From: Squalus acanthias
Taxonomy: Eukaryota
Assembly (NCBI GenBank): GCA_030390025.1
Contig: JASTWF010000035.1
Location: 1,302,001 to 1,366,000, forward strand
Length of the DNA stretch: 64,000 nucleotides
Direction of reading: 5' to 3'
Shown here: positions 63,241 through 64,000 of the stretch, piece after piece
Position numbering within the stretch: position 1 is the stretch's first letter
Layout: each line of letters begins with the position of its first letter
Made by a program: the position numbers and the translations under genes
Notes under the pieces: model-generated
What the model saw: the letters and a program-made list of their open reading frames with translations, nothing else
What the model was told of the DNA's origin: nothing
Databases searched by the model: none

Positions 63241-64000
63241 GTGGGACAGGTAGTTAAGGCAGTTAAGAGCTGTTAATTGTCTTGCTAATGCTATTTTGAT
63301 AGTGGTTTCCCATTTTCGTGCTTCTTGCTCCTGTTTCCCGTCTTATCAGAAGCAGGCCAGCTTCAAGGAGACGAGTTGCTGGAGGACATGATTTGTAGTC
63401 ATTGGTGGTGCACTTTAAAAGCGCCCCTGAAGCATGGCTGACATTCAAATGCAACAACTTTGCTGTTGTAGGTATGGGATAAGATTTTGCACAACTACTG
63501 ACCTTGTGACTGCTTTGGCTGACACCCATCTGCAGTGTGACCTGAATGGAATAATTTCAGCCCACTTCGACTGTGCGCTTGCAAGCTTGTTGCCTCAAAT
63601 GAAATCTATAGCAATGGGATGGGAAAAATTTATGTCTTCTCATCCTGATCCTCATAATGGGAGGAGCTGCAACCGCGTGACTCAGCGCAGACTCTTCCTG
63701 GGAAGAGGAAGAGGAGGAGGATGAGGGGTGCCTTGCGTGCCCTGTTGTAACCAATGTAGCATCCCTCCAGTTCACTGTTGCCCGTCAAGCAGGGTATGCA
63801 CACAGCCATGCCACATTCGCATAAGCTTACTCTTCAACCTTAGGTGGCTACCATATGGCTCTGTAATTGTAGGCGCCATTAGTCCACCATCATACATCAT
63901 CTCTGCTATACCCGGTTATTTCCTATAATTTTCACCATCAGCATTACAAAACCAAGTCGCCCTGAGCCCTCAATGCGCATTTGCCATTTCCCAGAACACA

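Noticed and set aside
63250..64000. Possible ADAM transmembrane exon near the window end
   Set aside because: The best acceptor candidate (CCTTAG at about 63843) hits a stop in the required phase; the region looks like degraded TE sequence that I could not classify

Overview
Eukaryotic, repeat-dominated vertebrate DNA, most likely an elasmobranch (shark-like): it carries an HE1-type V-SINE, abundant CR1 LINEs and Penelope remnants. The window appears to lie inside one + strand host gene, an ADAM-family metalloprotease. Two canonical exons (5211-5288, 19315-19429) encode the end of the cysteine-rich domain and the EGF-like domain. They are followed in frame by four near-identical, symmetric 75-nt exons (39355, 42940, 59662, 60977), each encoding a Pro/Thr/Ser/Glu-rich 25-mer. 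These look like a mucin-like stalk built by tandem exon duplication inside about 25 kb of ACTGAC-type satellite. The introns contain an intact Gypsy LTR retrotransposon (identical 194-bp LTRs, 5-bp TSD, no tRNA PBS but an 11-nt LTR-complementary PBS, YLDN in place of YxDD), an apparently intact two-gene PIF/Harbinger transposon plus a deletion derivative, several Harbinger-like and hAT-like MITEs, Penelope fragments with two minimal hammerhead ribozymes, SINEs and many nested CR1 or other LINE fragments. Everything was read by eye and no database searches were run. Boundaries of degraded repeats are approximate.
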